Notes under the pieces: model-generated | What the model was told of the DNA's origin: nothing | Database searches by the model: none | What the model saw: only the letters and a program-made list of their open reading frames with translations | Part shown: positions 51,417-58,001 of the stretch, one piece after another | Layout of the letters: every line of letters begins with the position of its first letter | Position numbering within the stretch: the stretch's first letter is position 1 | NCBI GenBank assembly: GCA_026990045.1 | Contig: JALSIK010000281.1 | Location: 1 to 58,001, forward strand | Length of the DNA: 58,001 nucleotides | Direction of reading: 5' to 3' | From: Chromatiales bacterium | GTDB taxonomy: Bacteria > Pseudomonadota > Gammaproteobacteria > CAMYNG01 | Made by a program: the position numbers and the translations under genes

Positions 51417-52763
51417 ATGGGCCGCCGCCGTGCCATCGCCGTTCGTGCCAGCCGCCGCCTGCTGCTCCTGCTGCTGGCGCTGGTCGCCCTGTGGGGGGGC
51501 GGGCGCCTGGTGCAGGTGGCGTGGGAGAGCCACTATGCCGGCGCGCGCGGACCCTACCTCCAGCTGCTCACCAGTGACGGGGTGAGCATCCTGTGGCAGA
51601 CGGTGCGCCCGTCGTCGGCGGTGGTGCGGTTCGGCCCGGCGGCGGAGGGCGCGCGGGAGGAGCTGGCGGTGCCGGAGGCGGCCACCCGCCACCGGGTGCG
51701 GCTGGAGGGCCTGGCCCCGGACACCGATTACGTCTACGAAGTGGCGGGCCTCGGCGGCGGCCGCTTTCACACCGCGCCCGCCGCCGGCGCCCGGGTGCCG
51801 GTGCGCCTGTGGGTGCAGGGCGACCCCGGCGAGCCGGGCCCGGCGGCGGAGGCGGTGGTGGCGGCGGCGTTTTCCTGGATGCGGGCCCACCCGCGGGCCG
51901 GGCGGCCGCTGCTGGACCTGTGGCTGACCACCGGCGACAACGCCTACCGCTCCGGCTCCAATCCCCAGTTCCAGCGGGCCCTGTTCGAGCCCCGCGCCGG
52001 GCTGCTGCGCAAGCTGCCGGTGTGGCCGGCCTACGGCAACCACGATGCCCGGCGCTGGGCCTTCTTCGACATCTTCGAGCTGCCGGCGGCGGGGGAGGCG
52101 GGGGGATTGCCGTCCGGCACCGAGCACTGGTTCGCCCTGGACTACGGGCCGCTGCACGTGGTGTTCCTGGACACCCAGTTGGCCGACCTGGACGCCGGCG
52201 GCGACATGGCGCGCTGGCTGGAGGCGGACCTGGCCGCCACCGACCAGCCCTGGCGCATCGCCGTGTTCCACCACCCGCCCTACACCAAGGGCAGCCACGA
52301 CTCCGACCGCTGGCGCGATTCCCGCGGGCGCATGGTGCGCGTGCGCGAAAACCTGGTGCCGCTGCTGGAGGCCGGGGGCGTGGACCTGGTGCTGTCCGGC
52401 CACAGCCACATGTACGAGCGCAGCCACCTGCTGGCCTGCCACTACGGAGCCTCGGACACCCTGCGCCCGGAGATGATCGTGGATGACGGGGCCGACGGGG
52501 AATACAGGAAGGCGGCCCGGCCCGGGGCGCCGCGCGGCGGCACGGTGTACGTGGTCATCGGCTCCTCGTCCAAGGTGGACCAGGGGCCGTTGGATCACCC
52601 CGCCATGGCGGCGGCGCTGGCGCGCATGGGCTCGCTGGTCATCGACATCGACGGGCCGCGGCTGGTCCTGCGCTTCATCGACGGCGACGGTGCCGTGGCC
52701 GACGCCTTCACGCTGCGCAAAGAGGGCCCGCCCCGGCCGCGTACCTGTCGTCCCGCGGGCTGA
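51417..52763 (+). CDS. purple-acid-phosphatase-like metallophosphoesterase
   Basis: N-terminal anchor and an Fn3-like PAP N-domain (..ILWQT..VVRFG..HRVRLEGLAPDTDYVYEV..). Motifs GDPG, GDNAY, GNHD, VFHHPP and GHSHMYER. Confidence 0.8.
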   Translation: MGRRRAIAVRASRRLLLLLLALVALWGGGRLVQVAWESHYAGARGPYLQLLTSDGVSILWQTVRPSSAVVRFGPAAEGAREELAVPEAATRHRVRLEGLAPDTDYVYEVAGLGGGRFHTAPAAGARVPVRLWVQGDPGEPGPAAEAVVAAAFSWMRAHPRAGRPLLDLWLTTGDNAYRSGSNPQFQRALFEPRAGLLRKLPVWPAYGNHDARRWAFFDIFELPAAGEAGGLPSGTEHWFALDYGPLHVVFLDTQLADLDAGGDMARWLEADLAATDQPWRIAVFHHPPYTKGSHDSDRWRDSRGRMVRVRENLVPLLEAGGVDLVLSGHSHMYERSHLLACHYGASDTLRPEMIVDDGADGEYRKAARPGAPRGGTVYVVIGSSSKVDQGPLDHPAMAAALARMGSLVIDIDGPRLVLRFIDGDGAVADAFTLRKEGPPRPRTCRPAG

Positions 52764-52843
52764 TTTTCCCCACCGCGCGCGGGGTCGGGCCGCGGCCGGA
52801 TTCTGCTACAATCGCCTTCCCCCGGTGCGCGAGGTGTGGCGGC

Positions 52844-53185
52844 ATGATCCTGCAGGTGTACGTGGACGAGCAGACCTTCCCCATCGAGGTGCCCGACTTC
52901 GTTCTGCGCGAGGCCACCGAGATGTTCGACCGCATGGACCGCGACATGGATCGCGGCTGGCAGATGAGCCGCACCTGGGTGGAGAAGCCCGACACCGTGC
53001 AGCGCTGCCAGATCGCCGCCGACCGCCTGCTCACCGCCCTGCACCAGGAGAACGAGGCGGTGACGGCCATGATGGCCGGCTACATCCTGTCCCGCCTGCC
53101 CGGCGTGGTGGGCGTGCGCGTGGACACCACCGGCGACATCACCCAGACCGAGTTCATGACCGGGCCGCAGAGTGTGTCGCCGTAA
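52844..53185 (+). CDS. hypothetical protein (113 aa)
   Basis: Non-repetitive acidic sequence, preceded by a TACAAT -10-like hexamer. No family recognised. Confidence 0.5.
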   Translation: MILQVYVDEQTFPIEVPDFVLREATEMFDRMDRDMDRGWQMSRTWVEKPDTVQRCQIAADRLLTALHQENEAVTAMMAGYILSRLPGVVGVRVDTTGDITQTEFMTGPQSVSP

Positions 53186-53195
53186 GCGCGGCCGG

Positions 53196-53582
53196 TCATT
53201 CGGGCACGCCCTGCCACAACATGCGGTAGCCGATCTCGTAGGTCTCCGAGCAGTATTCCGCCACCTTGTCGAACTTCTCCTTGAACACGTGGTCGGCGTG
53301 CGATTTCTCGTGGTGCTCGAATGACTTCCAGTAGGTCACGATGGCCAGGTGCGGCTCGGTCATCTTGGTGGCGTCGAACGAGCCCTGCTCCGAGATGAAG
53401 CCGGTGTACTCGAACACCTGGCCGCCGATGAAGCCGCCGGCCTCGTCGCCGTAGGTGTTCTTGACCACGTTGCACATCTCGCCCAGGGCGAGTTCCACGT
53501 CCTCCACCTTCACGCCCTCCTTGAGCTTGACCACGTTGAAGAGCATGACGGCGCCGTAGGGGATGGTGATGGGTGCGAACAT
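53196..53582 (-). CDS. hypothetical alpha+beta protein (128 aa), possibly ABM/dimeric-alpha-beta-barrel-like
   Basis: ATG at 53582. Balanced composition and noticeably less GC3-biased than its neighbours. The fold assignment is a guess. Confidence 0.55.
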   Translation of the reverse strand: MFAPITIPYGAVMLFNVVKLKEGVKVEDVELALGEMCNVVKNTYGDEAGGFIGGQVFEYTGFISEQGSFDATKMTEPHLAIVTYWKSFEHHEKSHADHVFKEKFDKVAEYCSETYEIGYRMLWQGVPE

Positions 53583-53687
53583 GGACGACCTCCTGGATGC
53601 TGCTGAATGGAAACCTGACAGTTGCATAAATTGCGCGATGAATCGTGCCTTCGTGCCTCGATGGCGGGTGCCGGCCCCGTGCATGCC

Positions 53688-54044
53688 CCCTCACCCCGGC
53701 CCTCTCCCCCGCGATGCGGGGGAGAGGGGGAGGGAAGAACCGGTCGCGGCGCCGAACCCCCCGCGGCGGGCGAAAAGACGGTCCCCTCTCCCGCCGGGAG
53801 AGGGACAGGGTGAGGGAATCGGAACACGGCTTTATTCCTGCTCGCCCAACCCTCCTCGCCCTGAATCCCCCATTCCGCAGAGGAGGGGATTCATGCAACG
53901 TTGGGGCAAACAAGGCGCTACAGCGGAGCGTAGCGCCAACGCGGGTGCGGAACAACCATGCCCCCGTTGCGGGCAAGGGCCGCAAGAGGGATGCCGGGCC
54001 CGGCGGCGGCGCTTCCTCTCCAGTTCCCAGCCCCCAGCCCCTTT
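53688..54044. repeat. block of at least five palindromic REP-like elements
   Basis: Outer inverted repeat CCCTCACCC (53688-96) / GGGTGAGGG (53808-16). Hairpins at 53701-53727 (12-bp stem), 53784-53804, 53863-53892 and 53914-53937. GCTGGGGGCTGGGAA follows the purH stop on its sense strand. Confidence 0.85.
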
Positions 54045-55610
54045 TTAGTGCCTGAAATGCCGCATGCCGGTGAAGACCATGGCCATGCCGTGCTCGTCGG
54101 CGGCGGCGATGACCTCGTCGTCGCGCACGGAGCCGCCGGGCTGGATCACGGCGGTGACGCCGGCCCCGGCGGCCTGGTCGAGGCCGTCGCGAAAGGGAAA
54201 GAAGGCATCGGAGGCCATGACCGAACCCTTCACCTCCAGGCCGGCGTGCTCGGCCTTGATGGCGGCGATGCGGGCCGAGTTGACCCGGCTCATCTGGCCG
54301 GCGCCGACCCCGATGGTCCGGGCGTCGCGGGCGTAGACGATGGCGTTGGACTTGACGAACTTGCACACCTTCCAGGCGAACAGCAGGTCGGCCATCTCGC
54401 GCTCGCCGGGAGCGCGGCGGGTGACCACCTTCAGGTCGTCGTAGAGTGCCAGGTCGGCATCCTGCAGCAGCAGGCCGCCGGTGATCCGTTTGAACTCCAG
54501 CCGCGGTGACGGCCGGGCCGGCCAGCGGCCGCAGGCCAGCAGGCGCACGTTCTTCTTCGCCGCCACCACGGCGGCGGCCTCGTCGCTCACCTCGGGGGCG
54601 ATGATCACCTCCACGAACTGGCGCTCCACGATGGCGGCGGCGGTCTGGGCGTCGAGGGCGTCGTTGAAGGCGATGATGCCGCCGAAGGCGGACTCGGGAT
54701 CGGTGGCGTGGGCGCGGTCGTAGGCCTCGAGCAGGCTGGCGCCGCGCGCCACGCCGCAGGGATTGGCGTGCTTGACGATGACGCAGGCCGGGCCGTCGTC
54801 GAACTGCTTGACGCATTCCAGCGCGGCATCGGTGTCGGCGATGTTGTTGTAGGACAGGGCCTTGCCCTGGAGCTGGACGGCGGTGGCCACCGAGGCCTCG
54901 GCCGGGGCGTGCTCCACGTAGAACGCCGCCTTCTGGTGCGGGTTCTCGCCGTAGCGCATGACCTGTTTCTGCACGAACTGGCTGTTGAAGGTGCGAGGGA
55001 AGTCCGCCAGGCTGCCGTCGGGCCGGACCCGTCCCAGGTGGTTGGCGATGGCGCCGTCGTAGCGCGCGGTGTGCTCGAAGGTCTTGACCGCGAGGCGGAA
55101 GCGGGTGGCGCCGGTGAGGGCGCCGCCGTGCTCGCGCAGCTCGGCCAGCAGCGGTTCGTAGTCGGCCGCGTCCACCACCACCGCCACCGCGGCGTGGTTC
55201 TTGGCCGCGGCCCGCAGCATGGCGGGGCCGCCGATGTCGATGTTCTCGATGGCCTCGGCCAGGGTGCAGCCTTCCCGGGCCACGGTCTGCTCGAAGGGAT
55301 AGAGGTTGACCACCACCAGGTCGATGGGCGCGATGCCGTGCGCGGCCATGACCGCATCGTCGGTGCCGCGCCGGCCCAGCAGGCCGCCGTGGATCTTCGG
55401 GTGCAGGGTCTTGAGCCGGCCGTCCATCATCTCGGGAAAGCCGGTGTAGTCGGAGACCTCGGTGACCCGCACACCGGCCTCCGCCAGCAGGCGGGCGGTG
55501 CCGCCGGTGGACAGGATCTCCACCCCGAACTCCTGCTGCAGGGCGCGGGCGAGGTCGGCCACGCCGGTCTTGTCGGACACGCTGATGAGCGCGCGGCGAA
55601 TCTTGCTCAT
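54045..55610 (-). CDS. purH: bifunctional AICAR transformylase / IMP cyclohydrolase
   Basis: [16 protein letters not shown].. ..GGTARLL.. ..[15 protein letters not shown].. through to ..[10 protein letters not shown]. Confidence 0.95.
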   Translation of the reverse strand: MSKIRRALISVSDKTGVADLARALQQEFGVEILSTGGTARLLAEAGVRVTEVSDYTGFPEMMDGRLKTLHPKIHGGLLGRRGTDDAVMAAHGIAPIDLVVVNLYPFEQTVAREGCTLAEAIENIDIGGPAMLRAAAKNHAAVAVVVDAADYEPLLAELREHGGALTGATRFRLAVKTFEHTARYDGAIANHLGRVRPDGSLADFPRTFNSQFVQKQVMRYGENPHQKAAFYVEHAPAEASVATAVQLQGKALSYNNIADTDAALECVKQFDDGPACVIVKHANPCGVARGASLLEAYDRAHATDPESAFGGIIAFNDALDAQTAAAIVERQFVEVIIAPEVSDEAAAVVAAKKNVRLLACGRWPARPSPRLEFKRITGGLLLQDADLALYDDLKVVTRRAPGEREMADLLFAWKVCKFVKSNAIVYARDARTIGVGAGQMSRVNSARIAAIKAEHAGLEVKGSVMASDAFFPFRDGLDQAAGAGVTAVIQPGGSVRDDEVIAAADEHGMAMVFTGMRHFRH

Positions 55611-55690
55611 GGCTGAGGTCGCTTCTCGTCTGGTACCGGGTCGATGAGGGCCGGGGCCGGGAGGCCTGCCCGGGCACGGGGCTCGATGGA

Positions 55691-55987
55691 TTATTCGTTG
55701 AGGCCGTACTGCTTGAGTTTCTTGCGCAGGGTGCCGCGGTTCAGGCCCAGGATGGCGGCGGCGCGGGACTGGTTGCCGCCGGTGTGGCGCAGGACCGTGG
55801 CCAGCAACGGCGCCTCCACCTCGGCCAGCACCAGCCGGTAGAGGTCGGCCGGCGGGTGGCCCGAGAGCTGGTGGAAGTAGGCCTCCACCGCCGCCTGCAC
55901 GCACTCGCGCAGGGGCCGGTTCTGCACCTCGGGGGTGACGTCCAGGGGGACGGCTGGTTCTTCGCTGGGGGCGGGGCGGGCGCTCAT
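55691..55987 (-). CDS. fis: DNA-binding protein Fis
   Basis: C-terminal ..[26 protein letters not shown]. The start overlaps the dusB stop (ATGA). Confidence 0.9.
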   Translation of the reverse strand: MSARPAPSEEPAVPLDVTPEVQNRPLRECVQAAVEAYFHQLSGHPPADLYRLVLAEVEAPLLATVLRHTGGNQSRAAAILGLNRGTLRKKLKQYGLNE

Positions 55988-56967
55988 GCGGCCAGCTCCC
56001 GCTCCATGAGCCTGTCGAAAAATTCGTTGACCATGGCGAGTTGCTCCTCCGTCGTCTCGACCCGGTTCACCGCCTGGCGGAAGGCGGCGCCGTGGGGATG
56101 TCCCTTGCTGTACCAGCTGATGTGCTTGCGCGCGACGCGCACGCCCGTGTGCGCGCCGTAAAACTCGTACAGGTTGTGCAGGTGGCCCAGGAGGATGCGG
56201 CGCACCTCGTCGGGTCCGGGCGGCGGCAGGTGCTCGCCGGTGGCCAGGTAGTGGGCGATCTCGCGGAAGATCCAGGGCCGGCCCTGGGCCGCGCGGCCGA
56301 TCATCACCGCGTCGGCGCCGGTGTAGTCCAGCACGAAGCGGGCCTTTTCCGGCGTGGTGATGTCGCCGTTGGCGATCACGGGAATGCCCACCGCCGCCTT
56401 GACCTCGGCGATGGTGTCGTACTCGGCCTCGCCGCGGTAGCCGTCGGCCCGGGTCCGGCCGTGGATGGCCAGGGCCTGGATGCCGCAGTCCTCGGCGATG
56501 CGGGCGATGGTCACCGCGTTGCGGTGGTCGCGGTCCCAGCCGGTGCGGATCTTGAGCGTCACCGGCACATCCACCGCCGCCACCACCGCCGCCAGGATCC
56601 GGCCCACCAGGGCCTCGTCGCGCAGCAGGGCCGAGCCGGCCATGACGTTGCACACCTTCTTCGCCGGGCAGCCCATGTTGATGTCGATGATCTGCGCCCC
56701 CTGGCCGGCGTTGTGGCGCGCGGCCTCGGCCATCATGCCGGGATCGGCGCCGGCTATCTGCACCGACTTGGGCGCGGGCTCGCCGCGGTGATCGGCCCGG
56801 CGCCGGGTCTTGGCGCTGCCCCACAACAGCGAGTTGGAGGAGACCATCTCGGACACCGCCATGCCCGCGCCCAGCGCACGGCAGAGCTGGCGGAAGGGGC
56901 GATCGGTCACACCCGCCATGGGAGCCAGGATCAGGTTGTTGGGCAGTTGGTAGGGGCCGATCTTCAT
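55984..56967 (-). CDS. dusB: tRNA-dihydrouridine synthase B
   Basis: ..[13 protein letters not shown].. ..[12 protein letters not shown].. ..VTLKIRTGW.. Canonical dusB-fis arrangement. Confidence 0.95.
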   Translation of the reverse strand: MKIGPYQLPNNLILAPMAGVTDRPFRQLCRALGAGMAVSEMVSSNSLLWGSAKTRRRADHRGEPAPKSVQIAGADPGMMAEAARHNAGQGAQIIDINMGCPAKKVCNVMAGSALLRDEALVGRILAAVVAAVDVPVTLKIRTGWDRDHRNAVTIARIAEDCGIQALAIHGRTRADGYRGEAEYDTIAEVKAAVGIPVIANGDITTPEKARFVLDYTGADAVMIGRAAQGRPWIFREIAHYLATGEHLPPPGPDEVRRILLGHLHNLYEFYGAHTGVRVARKHISWYSKGHPHGAAFRQAVNRVETTEEQLAMVNEFFDRLMERELAA

Positions 56968-57017
56968 GTTCAGTCGTTATTGGTTTTGGCTTTGTCCTGG
57001 CAACCGGCGGGCGAACA

Positions 57018-57045
57018 ATCATACCCCCTCGGGCGGGCGCGTCAA
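57018..57045 (-). promoter_or_regulatory. sigma70-like promoter for dusB-fis (TTGACG-16 nt-TATGAT on the minus strand)
   Basis: Hexamers read directly, about 50 nt upstream of the dusB ATG. Confidence 0.4.
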
Positions 57046-57164
57046 ACCACCTGCACCGGCTAGGGGGCGCCATTGCACGTAAGCTGCGGTGGGCGTGGCG
57101 AAAATTTTTTCGTGATCGGGATCGCGCCCGGCACGGCCGCTTGCAAGTGCCTGAATTGACGCGA

Positions 57165-58001
57165 TCAGGAGAGATTGATCTCGAAGTTCACGGCGTCGCG
57201 GCCCGGGTCCAGGACCTCGAGCCGGACCTGCACCGGCTGGCCCGGTTCCATCAACAGTTGGCGCTCACTCAGTTCCCCCAGGTACTCTTCCGGGGCGAAG
57301 CGGCGCCGTGCCACCGGTGCCCCCGACAGGTCGAACAGCACCACCTCGAAGGCGGGCCAGGGCTGGGCGAAGGGCGCGGCGTTGACCAGGGTGGCGGTGA
57401 TGCGCAGCACCCCGTCCCGCCCGGGCACGTTGCGGATGTCGCGGTTGAGCAGGCGGATCCGGGTCGTGTCGCGCCGGCCCGAGTAGTAGCAGGGCAGCCG
57501 CGCACACCAGGCCCGCACCAGCGGTGCCAGCGCCGGCCGGGCGTGGGCCAGCTGGTAGCCGCGGAAGCTCAGGACCTGGCCCGCCAGCAGCGCTGCCAGC
57601 GCCAGCGCGGCCAGTCCCAGGGCGGCGGTGGCCAGGGGGCCGCGGCGGGGACGGGCGGCCGCGGCCAGCGACTCGCGCAGGGCCAGGGGCACGTCCTCGT
57701 CGTCCACCACCGGCGGCTCGGCAGGCGTCTCCGGCTCCTTTGGGGTGGGGGTGTCTCCGGCACCGGCCGCCGTCTCCGGTGGCGCCGGCGGCGGGGGCTC
57801 CGTCTCCGCCTCCGGTTCCGGCTCCGGCGGGCGGGCTTCCGCGACTTCCGTGGCCGGGGGCGCGGCCGGCGCGTCCCCGGCGTCCGCCGCGGGCGCGGGC
57901 CCGGACAGCTCGATGTGCTCCACCTCCAGGCCCAGGTCGCCCTCGGCCAGGCGGTGGTCGGGAGGCGGTGGGGAGGCCTGGGCCGCCGGACCACCTCCGT
58001 C
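57165..58001 (-). CDS. DUF3426-type protein, 5'-truncated by the window edge
   Basis: The frame stays open from 57923 to nt 58001. Pro/Glu-rich linker, a TM segment (LATAALGLAALALAALLAG), and a C-terminal beta domain (..LRITATLVNAAPFAQPWPAFEVVLFD..). Its position upstream of dusB-fis matches the usual prmA-(zinc-ribbon/DUF3426)-dusB order. Confidence 0.7.
   Translation of the reverse strand, partial: DGGGPAAQASPPPPDHRLAEGDLGLEVEHIELSGPAPAADAGDAPAAPPATEVAEARPPEPEPEAETEPPPPAPPETAAGAGDTPTPKEPETPAEPPVVDDEDVPLALRESLAAAARPRRGPLATAALGLAALALAALLAGQVLSFRGYQLAHARPALAPLVRAWCARLPCYYSGRRDTTRIRLLNRDIRNVPGRDGVLRITATLVNAAPFAQPWPAFEVVLFDLSGAPVARRRFAPEEYLGELSERQLLMEPGQPVQVRLEVLDPGRDAVNFEINLS

Noticed and set aside
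53563-54055. Short ORFs (161, 136, 105 and 63 aa) in the region upstream of the purH stop
   Set aside because: They are translations of the palindromic repeat block (the ..PLSPRCGGEGEG.. type of peptides). Both strands give similar pseudo-proteins, which is the hallmark of REP-derived ORFs.
1-58001. Prophage, integron, IS, transposon, restriction-modification or toxin-antitoxin content, or a classical defence island
   Set aside because: No integrase, transposase, recombinase, phage structural, methyltransferase, nuclease or helicase signatures were seen in any frame. The first gene's immunity-protein-like look is only an impression and is not reported as such.

Overview
GC-rich chromosomal segment with about 56 protein-coding genes. 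I found no rRNA, tRNA, CRISPR array, transposase or integrase. The gene content is phosphoribulokinase, periplasmic and fused rhodaneses, an OprO/P-type porin with alkaline phosphatase, rimO, crp, and (DUF3426)-dusB-fis-purH...purD. This fits a gammaproteobacterium, possibly an autotrophic sulfur oxidiser of the Chromatiales/Ectothiorhodospiraceae type; that assignment is inference only. Most of the window looks like core genome, but it is unusually dense in sensory and second-messenger genes: a Crp/Vfr homologue, two proteins with tandem cNMP-binding domains, a PilZ protein, an HDOD fusion, a FIST protein, a receiver-OmpA fusion and a complete type-IV-pilus-class chemosensory operon. Candidates for something undescribed, in my order of interest: (1) A four-gene small-GTPase/Roadblock/DUF742-like module (30.7-33.1 kb) that resembles an actinobacterial conservon or MglA/MglB. 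It sits head-to-head with the chemosensory operon, shares a pseudo-receiver domain with that operon's first gene, and the shared promoter region holds two perfect CRP palindromes. (2) Two paralogous Cys/His-motif small proteins flanking a PilZ gene (3.7-5.0 kb). (3) A family of short G-rich tandem repeats, including heptamer arrays, that lie on the sense strand immediately after stop codons of at least seven genes. (4) A cysC-chrA-sulfotransferase cassette. (5) A 4.8-kb islet splitting purH from purD, bordered by a dense block of palindromic repeats. (6) A promoter-to-terminator unit upstream of a Ycf46-like AAA+ ATPase that may be a small RNA or leader. Many long ORFs in the supplied track are antisense or off-frame artefacts of the high GC content and are rejected below. 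All functional calls come from reading the translated sequences for motifs. No database search was run.
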